Of a stretch of 64,000 bases of DNA, positions 1 through 11,682 are shown piece by piece. The stretch is from Gekko japonicus (Eukaryota): NCBI RefSeq assembly GCF_001447785.1, contig NW_015169845.1, positions 118,872 to 182,871 on the forward strand. Reading direction: 5' to 3'. A program made the position numbers and the translations under genes. The first letter of the stretch is position 1, and each line of letters begins with the position of its first letter. The notes beneath the pieces are model-generated. The model had not been told where the DNA came from, ran no database searches, and saw only the letters and a program-made list of their open reading frames with translations.

Positions 1-454
1 AGAGGAGATGACTGAGAGGTGACATGATAACCATCTTCAAGTACTTGAAGGGCTGTCATATAGAGGATGGTACGGAGTTGTTTTCTGTTGCCCCAGAAGG
101 TCGGACCGGAACAGTCCCTCAGTGGAATAGGCTTCCTCGGGAGGCGGTGGGCTCTCCTTCTTTGGAGGTTTTCAAACATAGACAAGATGGCCATCTGACA
201 GCAATGCTGATTCTGTGAACTTAGGGAAATCATGAGAGGGAGGGCAGGAAAGGCTGATTGCCACTTTTGGGGTCAGGAAGCAACTTTTCTCCAAGCCAGT
301 TTGGCTCAAGATCCTGGAAGTTTTTTGTCATCTTCTGGTCATGGAATAGCATGTGTGTGTGTGGGGGGGGAATTTGTGAATTTCCTGCATTGTGCAGGGG
401 GTTGGACTAGATGACCCTGGAGATCCCTTTCAACTCTATGATTTTATGATTCTA
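1..454 (+). mobile_element. CR1 LINE 3' fragment
   Basis: ORF2 C-terminal-like peptide (..GDMITIFKYLKGCH..QWNRLPREAVGSPSLEVFK), 3' end GGTTGGACTAGATGACC and an (ATTCTATG)n-like tail. Absent at the paralogous site near 19940. Confidence 0.85.
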
Positions 455-2358
455 GATATGATGACAGCCAAGAAGGAGCTGGTTTTCAGCCTCCCAAAAA
501 TACAAGTTTGCTATGGGGCAGTGAGAAGCCAGGAGCTCACAAAGTGAACCCTACAGTTCCAAAGGGACCCCCCCATGGTTTTTGAAGAGGTCTCATTTTT
601 TAGGGGGGCAGGTAAAGTCCAGTGAGAAAAGCAACCCTGCAGTGTAGGGCCACCTACACTCAAGAGACATTTCCTTGCTATCTCTGAACCGTTCTCGGGG
701 CCTCTCTATTGTCTAAAGCGCAGCGAGAGATAGCCAGAAGACTGGCTTACCGGGCCGCAAGGTCATTTTGGGGTTACAAAATGTCACAGCAGAGAAAAGC
801 CCTCTGAAAGTCTGCCCTCGAGGAACACGCAGTGCCAAAAAGTCTAGCTATGACCCCAGAAGAGGAAATCCTGTCCCATCCTCCCCAAACCCTGGCAACA
901 CGTGGCTAATATGCAGAGGATCAGCAGGACCTGGGTGAAGGAAGAGAAGTGTGGGGGAGTTAGTTTGGCAGCGCCTTAGAACAGCACAGGGTGGTCACTG
1001 ATTCAACCCTCTTCCCTGGGGACAGGGGAAGACAGTGCTGGCCGGCCTCAGAGAAACCCGGGAACCGGGGCATGCTGATTGGACAGGTATACCTGGCTTT
1101 CTTTCTCTGTGTGTGTGTGTCTGTTTTTCTGCAGTAGACACTTTCCTGCCTCAAGGAGTTGGAAGGGGCTTAGCCTTTGGGAAGGAGTTGGTCGCTTACC
1201 TCTTGGGGAGACGGGAGGGGGCTACAGGGCTTTCCCTGTCCTGTTGTGCCTCAACCAACTGTGCTTCAGCTGAGAACTTGACTCTGTGTTTACTGGGTTG
1301 ACAGGGTCAGTGGGAATCTCTTCAATAGCAAATGATTCCACCCCTGGGGGTGAGGACTGACCCCCCCCTCACCACAACAGAGGGTGCTGTGTGGTTTGGC
1401 TGAAGCCAGTTCCCCCTGGTGGAAATATCTGCGGCAGGCCACCCCTGCAAGGAAGAGCAGCTCCAAAGAAAGCACTCAGACCCATCTCCAACCAAGGAAC
1501 GAAGGCATCGAGGAGACCACAGTAGGAAAGGGTTGATGTGCTTTTGGCCACATCCAGCAGGGCTGTTATTAGGTAAACCCCCCCCCCTGGGAATATCTGG
1601 TATTTAAGGAGAGTGCAGCCCCTCAACAGCCACAGTTGAGCTCAGCCCCAGAAGGAGCTCCCAAATCTCCACATCCCAGGCCCAGACGGCCTCCCTCCCT
1701 CCTTACCTAGCAGGCTGGATCATTCCACCAAACCAAGAGTTGCCCAGAAGGGAAGAAGAAAGGTCCCCCTGCTGTCCCTGGCCCATTCCCTTGACCTAAC
1801 CACGAAGGAAACTCACTAGCAGGCAGCTCAGGTGGGAAAGAAAGAGTCCCTTGAGATCTCCCTGAGAAAATCTCCAGCCATTCTTTGGACACGAAGCCTT
1901 CTTTGCTCTCCAGTGTTGTCTCTCTTGCATTCCTGGATTCTTTTGCTGAGAGAGAGACAGAAATTGAAGGAAGAGGATAAATTCATCTGGAAGGATGGAA
2001 CCGTGGTCAAAATCAAAGCCCCAAATCCCAACCAGTATAAAGGAGAGAGATCCTGATCATAGTCAGAGTGGATGCCTGTAATCCCCTCTGGGGCAAGGGC
2101 ATGTGGTAGAGGTTGGCCACTGAGAAATCGAGATCTGGCCCCTTCCAGAGTCTTTCTGGGGGGCTCTCAGCCCCGCCTTGGCCACAGGCCAGGGCTCCCC
2201 CTCTGGCTTGGGTGAGGGCCACAGCACTGGCCCCAGGGGGCTTGGGTCACTCTCTCCAGCCATGCTGAACTTCACTTTCACTGCCACCCCAAGTCCTGGA
2301 GGCCCCCAGTGTGGGGAAAGGTAGCTGGACAGGCCTCACAGCCACAGACTGCCATTCA

Positions 2359-2676
<318 letters not shown>

Positions 2677-2766
2677 TCAGAGCCTCTCTTGCTCGGACAG
2701 CTGGAGCAAAGGTGTCCCTGAGAAAGGAATCGGGCCCAATGGTCCTCCAATCATCACCCAAAGTAC

Positions 2767-2837
2767 CTGGACCAGAGGGGGAGCAGACATTTGTGCTCCA
2801 CTGCAAAGATGATGGCTTGACAGCATCTCTTCATGGC
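2767..2837 (-). CDS. Gene A linker exon (GHEEMLSSHHLCSGAQMSAPPLVQ)
   Basis: 71 bp, cttgcag/gtactt, phase 1 to 0, compatible with flanking exons. Conserved at 23126-23196. Confidence 0.8.
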
Positions 2838-2995
2838 CTGCAAGAGAGACACAATTGGAAGGGTGAATTTTAGGGACCATCAATCTCATTGAACAACATG
2901 ACTCACAACATCCAGATCCCAAACCCGGATGTCATTTTAGTGCACTATCAAAGGTGTTCGAGGGCATCTGCTGATGCTCTGACTTCACATCCGGG

Positions 2996-3411
2996 CAGGG
3001 GTCATTTCGTAGAAAAAGAGGTGCAGGAGCTCATTAGCATAACTCATTAGCATAACTCATTTGCATATGCCACACCCCCTGACATCACTGGAAGTGTGTC
3101 AGAAGGCAACACCCACCGCTCAGGCTCCACTGGACTGTTTTGGATTACTAGCTATTGGGGGGGTGGGAACGTGCAGATCTGTCCTTGCAGAGGAGGGAGA
3201 GCTTGTACCTGAATAAAACTTGGTCTTAAAGGTGCCACTGGACTGTTTTGGACCAGGGGGGAGGGTGGGTCTCTGCAACTTACCTGACTGCTTCTTGCTC
3301 TGACTGAGGGGTGCTGGGAGCGGGGGGCGGGGCTTGTTGCATGTGCCCACCCCCTGGGCTCTTTACTGCCGGAGCTCCGCTCCTGTGCGCTCCTGCAGGA
3401 AATGACCCCTG
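2996..3411. mobile_element. Non-autonomous hAT-like DNA transposon
   Basis: TIR CAGGGGTCATTTC..GAAATGACCCCTG and 8-bp TSD CATCCGGG/CATCTGGG. Empty site near 24837; inverted sister copy at 38745-39145. Confidence 0.85.
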
Positions 3412-3911
3412 CATCTGGGTATTCGGCTGGACGAGACATCAACAGGACATGACGCCCACCCCATTCTCTGCCCTCAAACCTCATGGGGTGGCCAGGCCAT
3501 GGCCTGTCATCCCTAGTCTAGTATCCTCGTTCTGACTCTGGCCTGCCAAAAGCCCTTAGAAAGCCTTTAAGCAGGGGCTGAGAAGCCCAATTATTGGGGA
3601 ACATGGGAGGTTCCATTCATTCATCACCAGGGCTAATAGCTGCACCCACATTTGTCTTCCTTTCCTTTTCTGAGCCACCTCCAGTCCCTCTAATGGAAAA
3701 AAAAATCAGATACAAATATTTTAAGATAAGAATGCAATGGCCTTCCATGAATCTGTCTACTCCCCATGCAAGTGAGTGGCCATCACTACATCCTGGGGCC
3801 CAAGTCCCAGAAGTTCCCTCTGTGTAGAGAGCAGAAGTATTTCCTTTTTCCTCTGTCCCAAACCTTCCACCCAATGACTTGACCCAATGATCCCATCTGG
3901 GCAGGAGGCAC

Positions 3912-4032
3912 CTTTTCCACTTGACAGGGGATCTTGGGCAGGCTGCTGGGCTTGTGCCCTCAGACTTTCCTCTGACGGAGCTCCTTCTGCCTCAGAGAGC
4001 TTCGCTTCCATCTTGACTGCTGATCCCCACAT
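3912..4032 (-). CDS. Gene A post-SCAN exon ([22 protein letters not shown]...SSGK)
   Basis: gtttcag acceptor, 121 bp, phase 0 to 1. Donor GTGCCT is weak (GTACCT in paralog B). Confidence 0.72.
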
Positions 4033-4276
4033 CTGAAACAGCAGTAAGGGAGACGAGTAAGATAAGAAATGGAAGAGGCTGAGGAGACGGATCCTGCTGC
4101 CCCACTCCCAGACTCTGCATCCCTCCATCGACCAGCAGAGCTGGTTCAGCCACAGGGCCAAGAATGAGGGCTGGGGTTTCTTCCCACCCCTGTGAATCCT
4201 CTAAAGGTAGAGATATCTGGTAGGGAGGCCTTAGGATAAGGTCCTTGCTGGAACTGAGCGAAGGACACCCCCTCAC

Positions 4277-4699
4277 CTGCTCTGCCTGCCTCTTCTCCTC
4301 GGCCTGACTCAGGAGGAAACCTTCGGCCAGGGCCACCGCCTGGGAACTGCTCTCCGGCTCGCATCCCCTCACCCAGCCCTGCATCTCCTGGGGCAGGATG
4401 GCCAGGAACTGCTCCAGGATCACCAGGTCCAGGATCTGCTTCTTGGTGTGCCTCTCGGGCTCCAGCCAGTGGCTGCAAAGTCCGTGGAGCTGGCTGCAAA
4501 CCTCTCGGGGTCCATCGGCCTCATCGTAGTGGAACTGCCGGAAGCGTCGGTTGCGTACGTCTGCAGTCATCATGTCCTGACGGAGGATCTCTGGCACAGC
4601 TCTTTCCCAGTATTCAGCTCCACTCCCGGCCTGGGTGGGATGGGGAATTTCCCTCGATCTCTTGCCTATTCCAGGTCCTTCTGGGTCCTCCTCTTCCAT
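4277..4699 (-). CDS. Gene A SCAN exon, proximal copy (141 codons)
   Basis: [61 protein letters not shown]. Acceptor tttccacag with exon start 4729; donor gtgagg. Confidence 0.92.
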
Positions 4700-5313
4700 C
4701 GCCTTCCCCTTCTCTTGGGTCGCCTCCAACTGTGGAAAGATACCCTTACTCACGCAGCTACAAAGAGAAAAAGGAAAGGCAATCAAAAAGCCAGAAAGAA
4801 GCCAAAAGAGAATGGAGCTACACCACCGACCCTGGTCAAGAGACACCAAAGGATTGGCCCAGTGGATCGGAAAGAATATAATTGTTCCATTTGTGGATCA
4901 AGATTTGTGTCGTTCTGCTCTATGACGTATCAAGCTGTTTTAGGTATGCCTGTTTCGTTCATCAGGAAAGCAAACCGTCTTTATTTGGCGCCTGAAAAGT
5001 CTGTTGTGGATGATACGATCTTGGCTTTAGATGACCAGGGAATCAGTCTCTCTGGGGGGGCTACATCTCAATGTAAAATGGAACCCTGGATAAAGTGACT
5101 ATGAGGGGCTTCTGTGTTGGAAGCGTTAGGCAACAGCTCTGTCCAAGCAGCCACCAGAGGGGATGGGCCAGGGGCTGTCCAGCCTCTCCCGGTCAGGGCA
5201 GAAGGGGCTGCCTGGATGAACGGGAGGGGGAAATTCCATAAGGGGAAAAATACCTGGCAGGGAATTCTTAGGACAAGGTCCTTGCTGGAACTGAGTGAAG
5301 GACACCCCCTCAC

Positions 5314-5736
5314 CTGCTCTGCCTGCCTCTTCTCCTCGGCCTGACTCAGGAGGAAACCTTCGGCCAGGGCCACCGCCTGGGAACTGCTCTCCGGCTCACA
5401 TCCCCTCACCCAGCCCTGCATCTCCTGGGGCAGGATGGCCAGGAACTGCTCCAGGATCACCAGGGCCAGGATCTGCTTCTTGGTGTGCCTCTCGGGCTCC
5501 AGCCAGTGGCTGCAAAGTCCGTGGAGCTGGCTGCAAACCTTTCGGGGTCCATTGGCCTCATCGTAGCGGAACTGCCGGAAGCGTCGGTTGCGTACGTCTG
5601 CAGTCATCGTGTCCTGAGAGAGGATCTCTGGCACAGCTCTTTCCCAGTGTTCAGCTCCACTCCCTGCCTGGGTGGGATGAGGAATTTCCCTCGATCTCTT
5701 GCCTATTCCAGGCCCTTCTGAGTCCTCCTCTTCCAT
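5314..5736 (-). CDS. Gene A SCAN exon, distal duplicate copy (141 codons, open)
   Basis: Intact ORF, acceptor (exon start 5766) and gtgagg donor; SCAN motif intact. Confidence 0.8.
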
Positions 5737-6445
5737 CGCCTTCTCCTCCTCTTGGGTCGCCTCCAACTGTGGAAAGATACCCTTACTCACGCAGCTACAA
5801 AGAGGAAGAGGAAAGGCAATCAAAAAAACAGAAAGAAACCAAAAGAGAATAGAGCTACATCACCGACCCTGGTAAAGAGACACCAAAGGATTGGCCCGGT
5901 GGATTGGAAAGAATATAATTGTTCCATTTGTGGATCAAGATTTGCGTCATTCTGCTCTATGACGTATCAAGCTGTGTTAGATATGCCTGTTTAGTTCATC
6001 AGGAAAGCAAGCCGTCTTTATTTGGCTCCTGAAAAGTCTGTTGTGGATGATACGATCTTGGCTTTAGATGACCAGGGAATCAGTCTCTCTGGGGGGGCTA
6101 CATCTCAATGTAAAATGGAACCCTGGATAAAGTGACTATGAGGGGCTTCTGTGTTGGAAGCGTTAGGCAACAGCTCTGTCCAAGCAGCCACCAGAGGGGA
6201 TGGGCCAGGGGCTGTCCAGCCTCTCCCGGTCAGGGCAGAAGGGGCTGCCTGGATGAACGGGAGGGGGGGGGGGGGTGAACCCCTGGGGGAAGGGCAGCTG
6301 GGGGGGGGGGAACACTGGCTCAGATGCCTGGCATGTCAAGGAGCCGATTGGCATGAAGGATTCCTCCCCTCCTGATCAGCCGTCAGACTCCTTTCCGGGC
6401 CTGCCTAAAGACCTCCATGGCTGAGAATTTATTTTTATCTACAAC

Positions 6446-6553
6446 ATTCAGATCCCACCTCTCTGTCTTCTACCAGGGCCACCAAGGCAGCTAACAAATC
6501 ATTCAGATCCCACCTCTCTGTCCCCTACCAGGGCCACCAAGGCAGCTAACAAA
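6446..6553. repeat. 54-bp tandem duplication (2 copies)
   Basis: ATTCAGATCCCACCTCTCTGTC..CAGCTAACAAAT twice; single copy at paralogous position near 27150. Confidence 0.85.
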
Positions 6554-6869
6554 TTAAAAAAGACCTCAGAAAACCTCAGAGGAGACCGATGGAGCATAAC
6601 AACAAGGTCTCTGTTAATTACTCTCAGCATTCCACAATTTAGAAAGGCACATCTGCCCATCAGTCTCCAGTTTTGAAATATTTATTTCCTTCACTGTTCC
6701 ACTTTCCCCAGAAATTAAACCAAATCAAATGGCTTGTTAAGCCCAAATGAAAAACTAAGCTTGTTATTCCTGTTTGGTTCTGGAATTTGTTAAGCATCTT
6801 CATTATGTTGTACACTGATTTGCCACTTACCCTCCAGTTATATGTATGGACCGGTAACTTCCACTTGAA

Positions 6870-7095
6870 ATTTCAATGTACCTGAAGCAGCGTGCATGCC
6901 CCTGAATAAATCTGAATAAAACTTTGTTGATCTTAAAGGTGCCACTGGACTCAAACTCTGTTCTTCTACGTACTTCAGACCAACACAGCTCCGGAAATTC
7001 TGTTTCACTGTATCTGAAGAAGCTTATACCCTGAATAAAATTTAAGGGTGTTGCTGGACTCCAACTTTGTTCTTCTGCTTAAGACCAACACAAAC
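6870..7095. mobile_element. Penelope-like element remnants (two partial units)
   Basis: CTGAAG(C/A)AG..AGCTTATACCCTGAATAAAA..CTTAAAGGTGCCACTGGACTC motif shared with 27520, 35040, 55230 and 60270. Confidence 0.55.
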
Positions 7096-7267
7096 CCTCC
7101 AATGGACTAGAGCTGTGCTGGGTGGGTGTGTATATAGTTGGCCTTCTGAGGCTATACATGAGAGCCAACATTTCTCTTTTCCAATATTTAAGAGCTTATC
7201 CCTCCCCTTCCCCCTGTCTTGTGAGTAAACCTTCCCAGAAGCCGGCTGCACGGCTCTCCCCCATTAC

Positions 7268-7560
7268 CTGCCTGAAGCCCCTCCTGTCCTCTTTGGCGAT
7301 TCAGAAGCAAACCCCTCCACACATACACACCCAGGAAAATAACCTTTCCACTCCCCCCACCCCCTTCCCTTGGCCTCTCTAGCAAGCAGCTCTGTTGGTT
7401 TAACTCTTTCAGTGCTGCAGACGAATGAGAGAGGCTTCCCGTCCTTTCCCGGAGGAGCAGCGCCCAGACGTGGATGGAGCGGACTTCAGCCAGGCTGCCG
7501 TCCATAACCGCCCTAGGCAGCTCAATGGGGAGTAACTTTGCACAGGGCTGCGCTCCCAGG
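7268..7560 (-). promoter_or_regulatory. Putative promoter / non-coding first exon of gene A
   Basis: Locally CpG-enriched. Minus-strand donor CAG|gtaatg at 7268 is conserved as CAG|gtaaca at 28137. Confidence 0.4.
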
Positions 7561-8179
7561 GTATTCAGTGCTGTTTAGCCATCTCAGGAAATGGGATGGT
7601 TGAGTAGAAAAAAGAAAATGCGTTTTCTTTACCCTCACCCCCACTCTTAGGGATGCCGGCCTCCAAGTGGGACCTGTGGAGTCCCTGGAATTGCAGCTCA
7701 TTTCCAGACTACAGAGATCAGTTCTCCTTCTGGAGGACGGATTTGGTAGTCTGCAGGCAGGAGACTGGCAACCCCCTTGGTCTGGGACCCCCCCCCCCCC
7801 ATCTGCAAAGGCAGGCAGGAGCTGTATATCAGACAATCAGCTTTATGGTAGAACAAAGGCTGATTCACGGGGGAGGGGGGACTGTGTATTTCCACTCTTT
7901 GTTGTAGTACTTCCTTGAAGACAAGCTAGGCTGGCTGGAATTCTGAAGGCTGAATCCAGAAGGGAAACGTGTAGCCGCTAAAGAATGCTACAGATATCTG
8001 GGAAAATACAGAATAGCATCGCTGAGTCAGTTTTAAAATTACCTAACATGAGAAAATCAGCCAAGGGGCATTAATACCTTAGAATGAAGGTGCCTGTAGG
8101 AATCAGTGGGTTGAGTTATTAAAATTATGATTGCATCAATAGAAGAGGTATTTAAGGTTCTTGTAAGTATTGTTTCGGG

Positions 8180-9240
8180 TCTTCCTGGCTTGATTGCCAG
8201 GGACTTTCCTCTGCGGAGAAATAAACTGTTTTGTTCCTGATCACTTTGGACCACCACCACCCCCGGGGGAGAAAATGGATGCTTTGGAGGGTGGACTCTC
8301 TCCCTCACTGAGTTCCCTGTCCTTCCCGGTCTCCATCTCCAGATTTCCAGGAATTTGTAAACCTGGAGCTGGCCGACCCTCCTGCCCAACCCCCACCAGT
8401 GGCTAAGGGGGATCTGGGAAACTGACCCCCACTGCCCTCCGGCTTGCAGCATCTCTGGCCAGCCACCTACGGTTGCCAACTCCTGGATGGGAAATACCTG
8501 GGAGAGCAGGGATGGAGGGGATGGGGGGGAGTGGGATATCCGAGGGGTCTAATGCCATGGAGTCCACCTTGCCAAGTAGCCAATTTCCGTTGCCAGTGGG
8601 AATCAGTTCAAATTCTGGGAGATCTGCAGCCCCCACTGGGAGGTTGGCAACCATACCTGGGCCACCCCCTTCGAGCACCACACCCCTTTCCTTCCCTGCT
8701 TTGCGGCTCCCTTGTGCCAATCCCTGCTCCCAGCCCCACCCAAGAGCAGGTTGCTAGTTGAGGAGGGATTTGAACCCAGGCTTTCATCATTCAATATTCT
8801 AACTAGTATACCATACGGGAAAGCAGACTGGGGAGGAAATGGAGCCCAAACAGCATGCTTGGTGCTCTTTGGGACTGGTTTGCAGGCTGTACAAAGACTG
8901 TCGCACAGAACTGTGCACAGATAAACGGGCAGAGGATCTTATTTTATTATGATTTGTATGTTCAGACTGTATTCCCCACCTGTCTGCCCTTCAGCACTTC
9001 AAGTAACTGATCCCTGAAACAGCCAAGGGTGCCCACCTCTGAGGGGGGCCTGAAGATCTCCCAGAATTGTGACTGATCTCCAGACTACAGAAATATGATC
9101 CCCTGGAAGAAATGGCTGCTGTGGAGGGTGGACTCTGTGGCATTATGCCCCACTAAGGTACCTTTCCTCCCCAGACCTTGCCTCCCTAGCTTTGCCCCTC
9201 CAAATCTCCAGAGATTTTCCAACATGAAGTTGGCAACCGT
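8180..9240. mobile_element. Cluster of MITEs with (TA)GGGTTGCCA-type termini
   Basis: Repeated GGTTGCCAAC..TTGGCAACC ends and the internal CTGGAGAAAATGGCTGCTTTGGAGGGTGGACTC motif. Confidence 0.55.
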
Positions 9241-9369
9241 AATTAATCTGTTGTGGTAAGACTAATGGGGGGGGGGGCTTGACCACCTTTGAACACTTGC
9301 TTATTCTTATTTCCTTCATGGTTACCATACCTCTTTGATTTTCTTGGGGTTTCTTGGCTGCTATGCAGG

Positions 9370-9770
9370 TTTCTGTCCATGGGGTTTTCTTGGCAAAGAT
9401 ACTGGAGTGCAATGTTCCCTCTAAGCTGTGGAGTCTTGTGAGCAAAAATTCAACTTTGTGAGCTACTGGCGTTAAAGTTGTGAGCAAGTGATTTGGCTAC
9501 TGCATACATCAGTTTGCGTTGGAGCCCTCCTTCCTGAGCAAGGACAAAATTGTGTGAGCTGGAGGCTAAAAAACTGTGAACTAGCTCACACTAACTCAGC
9601 TTAGAGGGAACACTGCTGGAGTGGGTTGCCATTTCCTTCTCCAGTGGATCACACTTGGTCAGAGTTCTCTGCTGTGGCTTGTCCGTCCTGGGTGGCCCTT
9701 CATGGCATAGCCCACAGCCTCATCGAACCACGCAAGCCTCCTCGCCGTGTCAAGGCAGTGATCCATGAGG
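9370..9770 (-). mobile_element. BovB/RTE-related segment, probably inverted relative to the adjacent 3' fragment
   Basis: TTCTTGGCAAAGATACTGGAGTGGGTTGCCATTTCCTTCTCC motif typical of BovB-family sequences; directly abuts the + strand BovB piece. Confidence 0.55.
9410..9615. mobile_element. hAT-type MITE (CAGTGTTCCCTCTAAG family)
   Basis: TIR CA(A/G)TGTTCCCTCTAAGCTG..CAGCTTAGAGGGAACACTG and perfect 8-bp TSD CTGGAGTG. Confidence 0.88.
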
Positions 9771-9775
9771 GAGAA

Positions 9776-10792
9776 CTAGAGGAGAGGAACTAGAGGTGGA
9801 GGAACTAGAGATCAAATTGCCAACATTCGCTGGATTATGGAGAAAGCAAGGGAGTACCAGAAAAAGATCCACTTTTGCTTCATTGACTATGCTAAAGCCT
9901 TTGATTGTGTGGATCACGACAAACTATGGCAGGTCGTTAAAGAGATGGGAGTCCCAGACCACCTCACACGTCTCTTGAGAAACCTGTAGGGTCAAGAAGC
10001 GACAGAACAGGATATGGAACAACTGATTGGTTTAGCATAGGAAAAGGAGTACGACAAGGTTGTATATCATCCCCTTGTTTATTTAATTTATATGCAGAGT
10101 ACATCACGTGAAATGCCAGCCTGGATGATTCATAAACTGGAGCCCCATCACTCCTTGGCAAATAGAAGGGGAAGTCGTGGAAGTAGTGACAGACTTCACG
10201 TTCCTGGGATCCCAGATCACCACAGACTGTGACAGCAGCCATGAAATTAAAAGACGCCTGCTCCTTGGGAGGAAAGTGATGGCGAACCTAAACAGCATGA
10301 TAAAAAGCAGAGACATCACCCTGCCAACAAAAGTCCGCATGGTCAAAGCAATGGTATTCCCAGTAGTCATGTATGGCTGCGAGAGTTGGACTATAAGGAA
10401 GGCCGAGCGCCGAAGAATAGATTCTTTTGAACTATGGTGCTGGAGAAGACTCTTGAGAGTCCCTTGGACTGCAAGAAGATCAAATCAGTCAATCCTAAAA
10501 GAAATCAACCCTGACTGTTCCCTGGAAGGCCAGATAATGAAACTGAAGCTCAAATACTTTGGCCACCAAATGAGAAGGGAGCACTCCCTGGAGAAGACCC
10601 TGATGCTGGGAAAGATTGATGGTCAAAGAAGACGGGGACGGCAAAGGATGAGATGGTTAGACAGTGTCATCGATGCAATGAACATGAAGTTGAGCCAACT
10701 TCAGAGGACGGCGGAAGACAGGAGGGCTTGGCGGGAGCTGGTCCATGGGGTCACGAAGAGTCGGACTCGACTGTGCGACTGAACAACAACAA
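9776..10792 (+). mobile_element. RTE-BovB LINE 3' fragment with internal deletions
   Basis: RT-like peptides (FCFIDYAKAFDCVDH; EVVTDFTFLGSQI..KAMVFPVVMYGCESWT..VHGVTKSRTRL) and a (CAA)n tail. Confidence 0.92.
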
Positions 10793-10859
10793 AAATGGAG
10801 GCCAGGAGAACAATGCAGCTTTGGGCCTCCACTGGTGAGAAAGACTGGTTATAAATCTA

Positions 10860-11093
10860 AGAGCCGGTGTGATGTAGTTGTGAAGAGGGGGACTCTGATC
10901 TGGACAACCAGGTTTGATTCCCCACTCCTCCTCCTCATGAAGCCTGCTGGGGGACCTTGAGCCAGTCATAGTTCTCTCAGAGCTCTCAGCCCCACTTACC
11001 TCACAGGGTATCTGTTGTGGGGAGAGGAAGGGAAGCCGCTTTGGGACTCCTTTCAGAAGAGAAAAGTAGGGTATAAAAACCAACGGTTCTTCT
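10860..11093 (+). mobile_element. tRNA-headed SINE (family with GGGTATAAA..(CTT)n tail)
   Basis: A/B-box-like head and CCCACTTACCTCACAGGGTATCTGTTGTGGGG core shared with several other copies in the window. Confidence 0.75.
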
Positions 11094-11433
11094 AATTTGT
11101 AATGATATGTTTTATTTGTCATATCGCAAAGTAACTTTTCCAAAGGGCTATTACGTTTTCCACCAGCACAAGAATAACTATAACCCCCCAGTGCCTGAAC
11201 TGGGAGTTCTAGCTTCTGTCCAAAATGTATAACCACTAAAACAAGGGTGGAGGAAGGGGGAAGCAGCCTTTTACTACTTTGTTAGATCATGAGGAAATAT
11301 TACCTCCCCCCACCTAAGGTGCTCCATCCTGAGGAGAAAGTGTTTTTGGAATAAGGTAATACTGCATTGGTTGAGAAGCATGAACTGGATTCTCGACCTC
11401 CACTTTCTGGTCCCCGTAACAAATGCATTCTGA

Positions 11434-11573
11434 GGCTGCAGTCACAGATGCTAAATAATCCACCTTCAGTGCACTTTCCAACTGGATTTTACTGTGTGAA
11501 CTGGCAAAATCCAGTTAGAAAGTGCATTGAAGGAGGATTGAAAGTGGATGATTTAGTGTGTGTGACCGTAGCC
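11434..11573. mobile_element. Palindromic PIF/Harbinger-like MITE
   Basis: GGCTGCAGTCACA..TGTGACCGTAGCC termini, internal palindrome and 3-bp TSD TGA. Confidence 0.7.
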
Positions 11574-11682
11574 TGAGGGTGGATTCAGACATCAGAATAA
11601 ATTGTGGTTTGCAAAGCCTAATTAGTTCAAACCCTAGTTAGTTAATCAGCCCAGATGCAATGGTCCAAACAAACTAGAGCTT

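Larger units (their letters stand above)
4210..6267. repeat. About 1037-bp direct tandem duplication containing the SCAN exon
   Basis: Matching sequences offset by 1037 bp (ATG 4699 vs 5736; 5041 vs 6078). Junction at about 5231-5245. Confidence 0.95.

Noticed and set aside
4448-5852. Long + strand ORFs (216 aa, 185 aa) opposite the SCAN exons
   Set aside because: Antisense shadows of GC-rich coding sequence with no recognisable domain.
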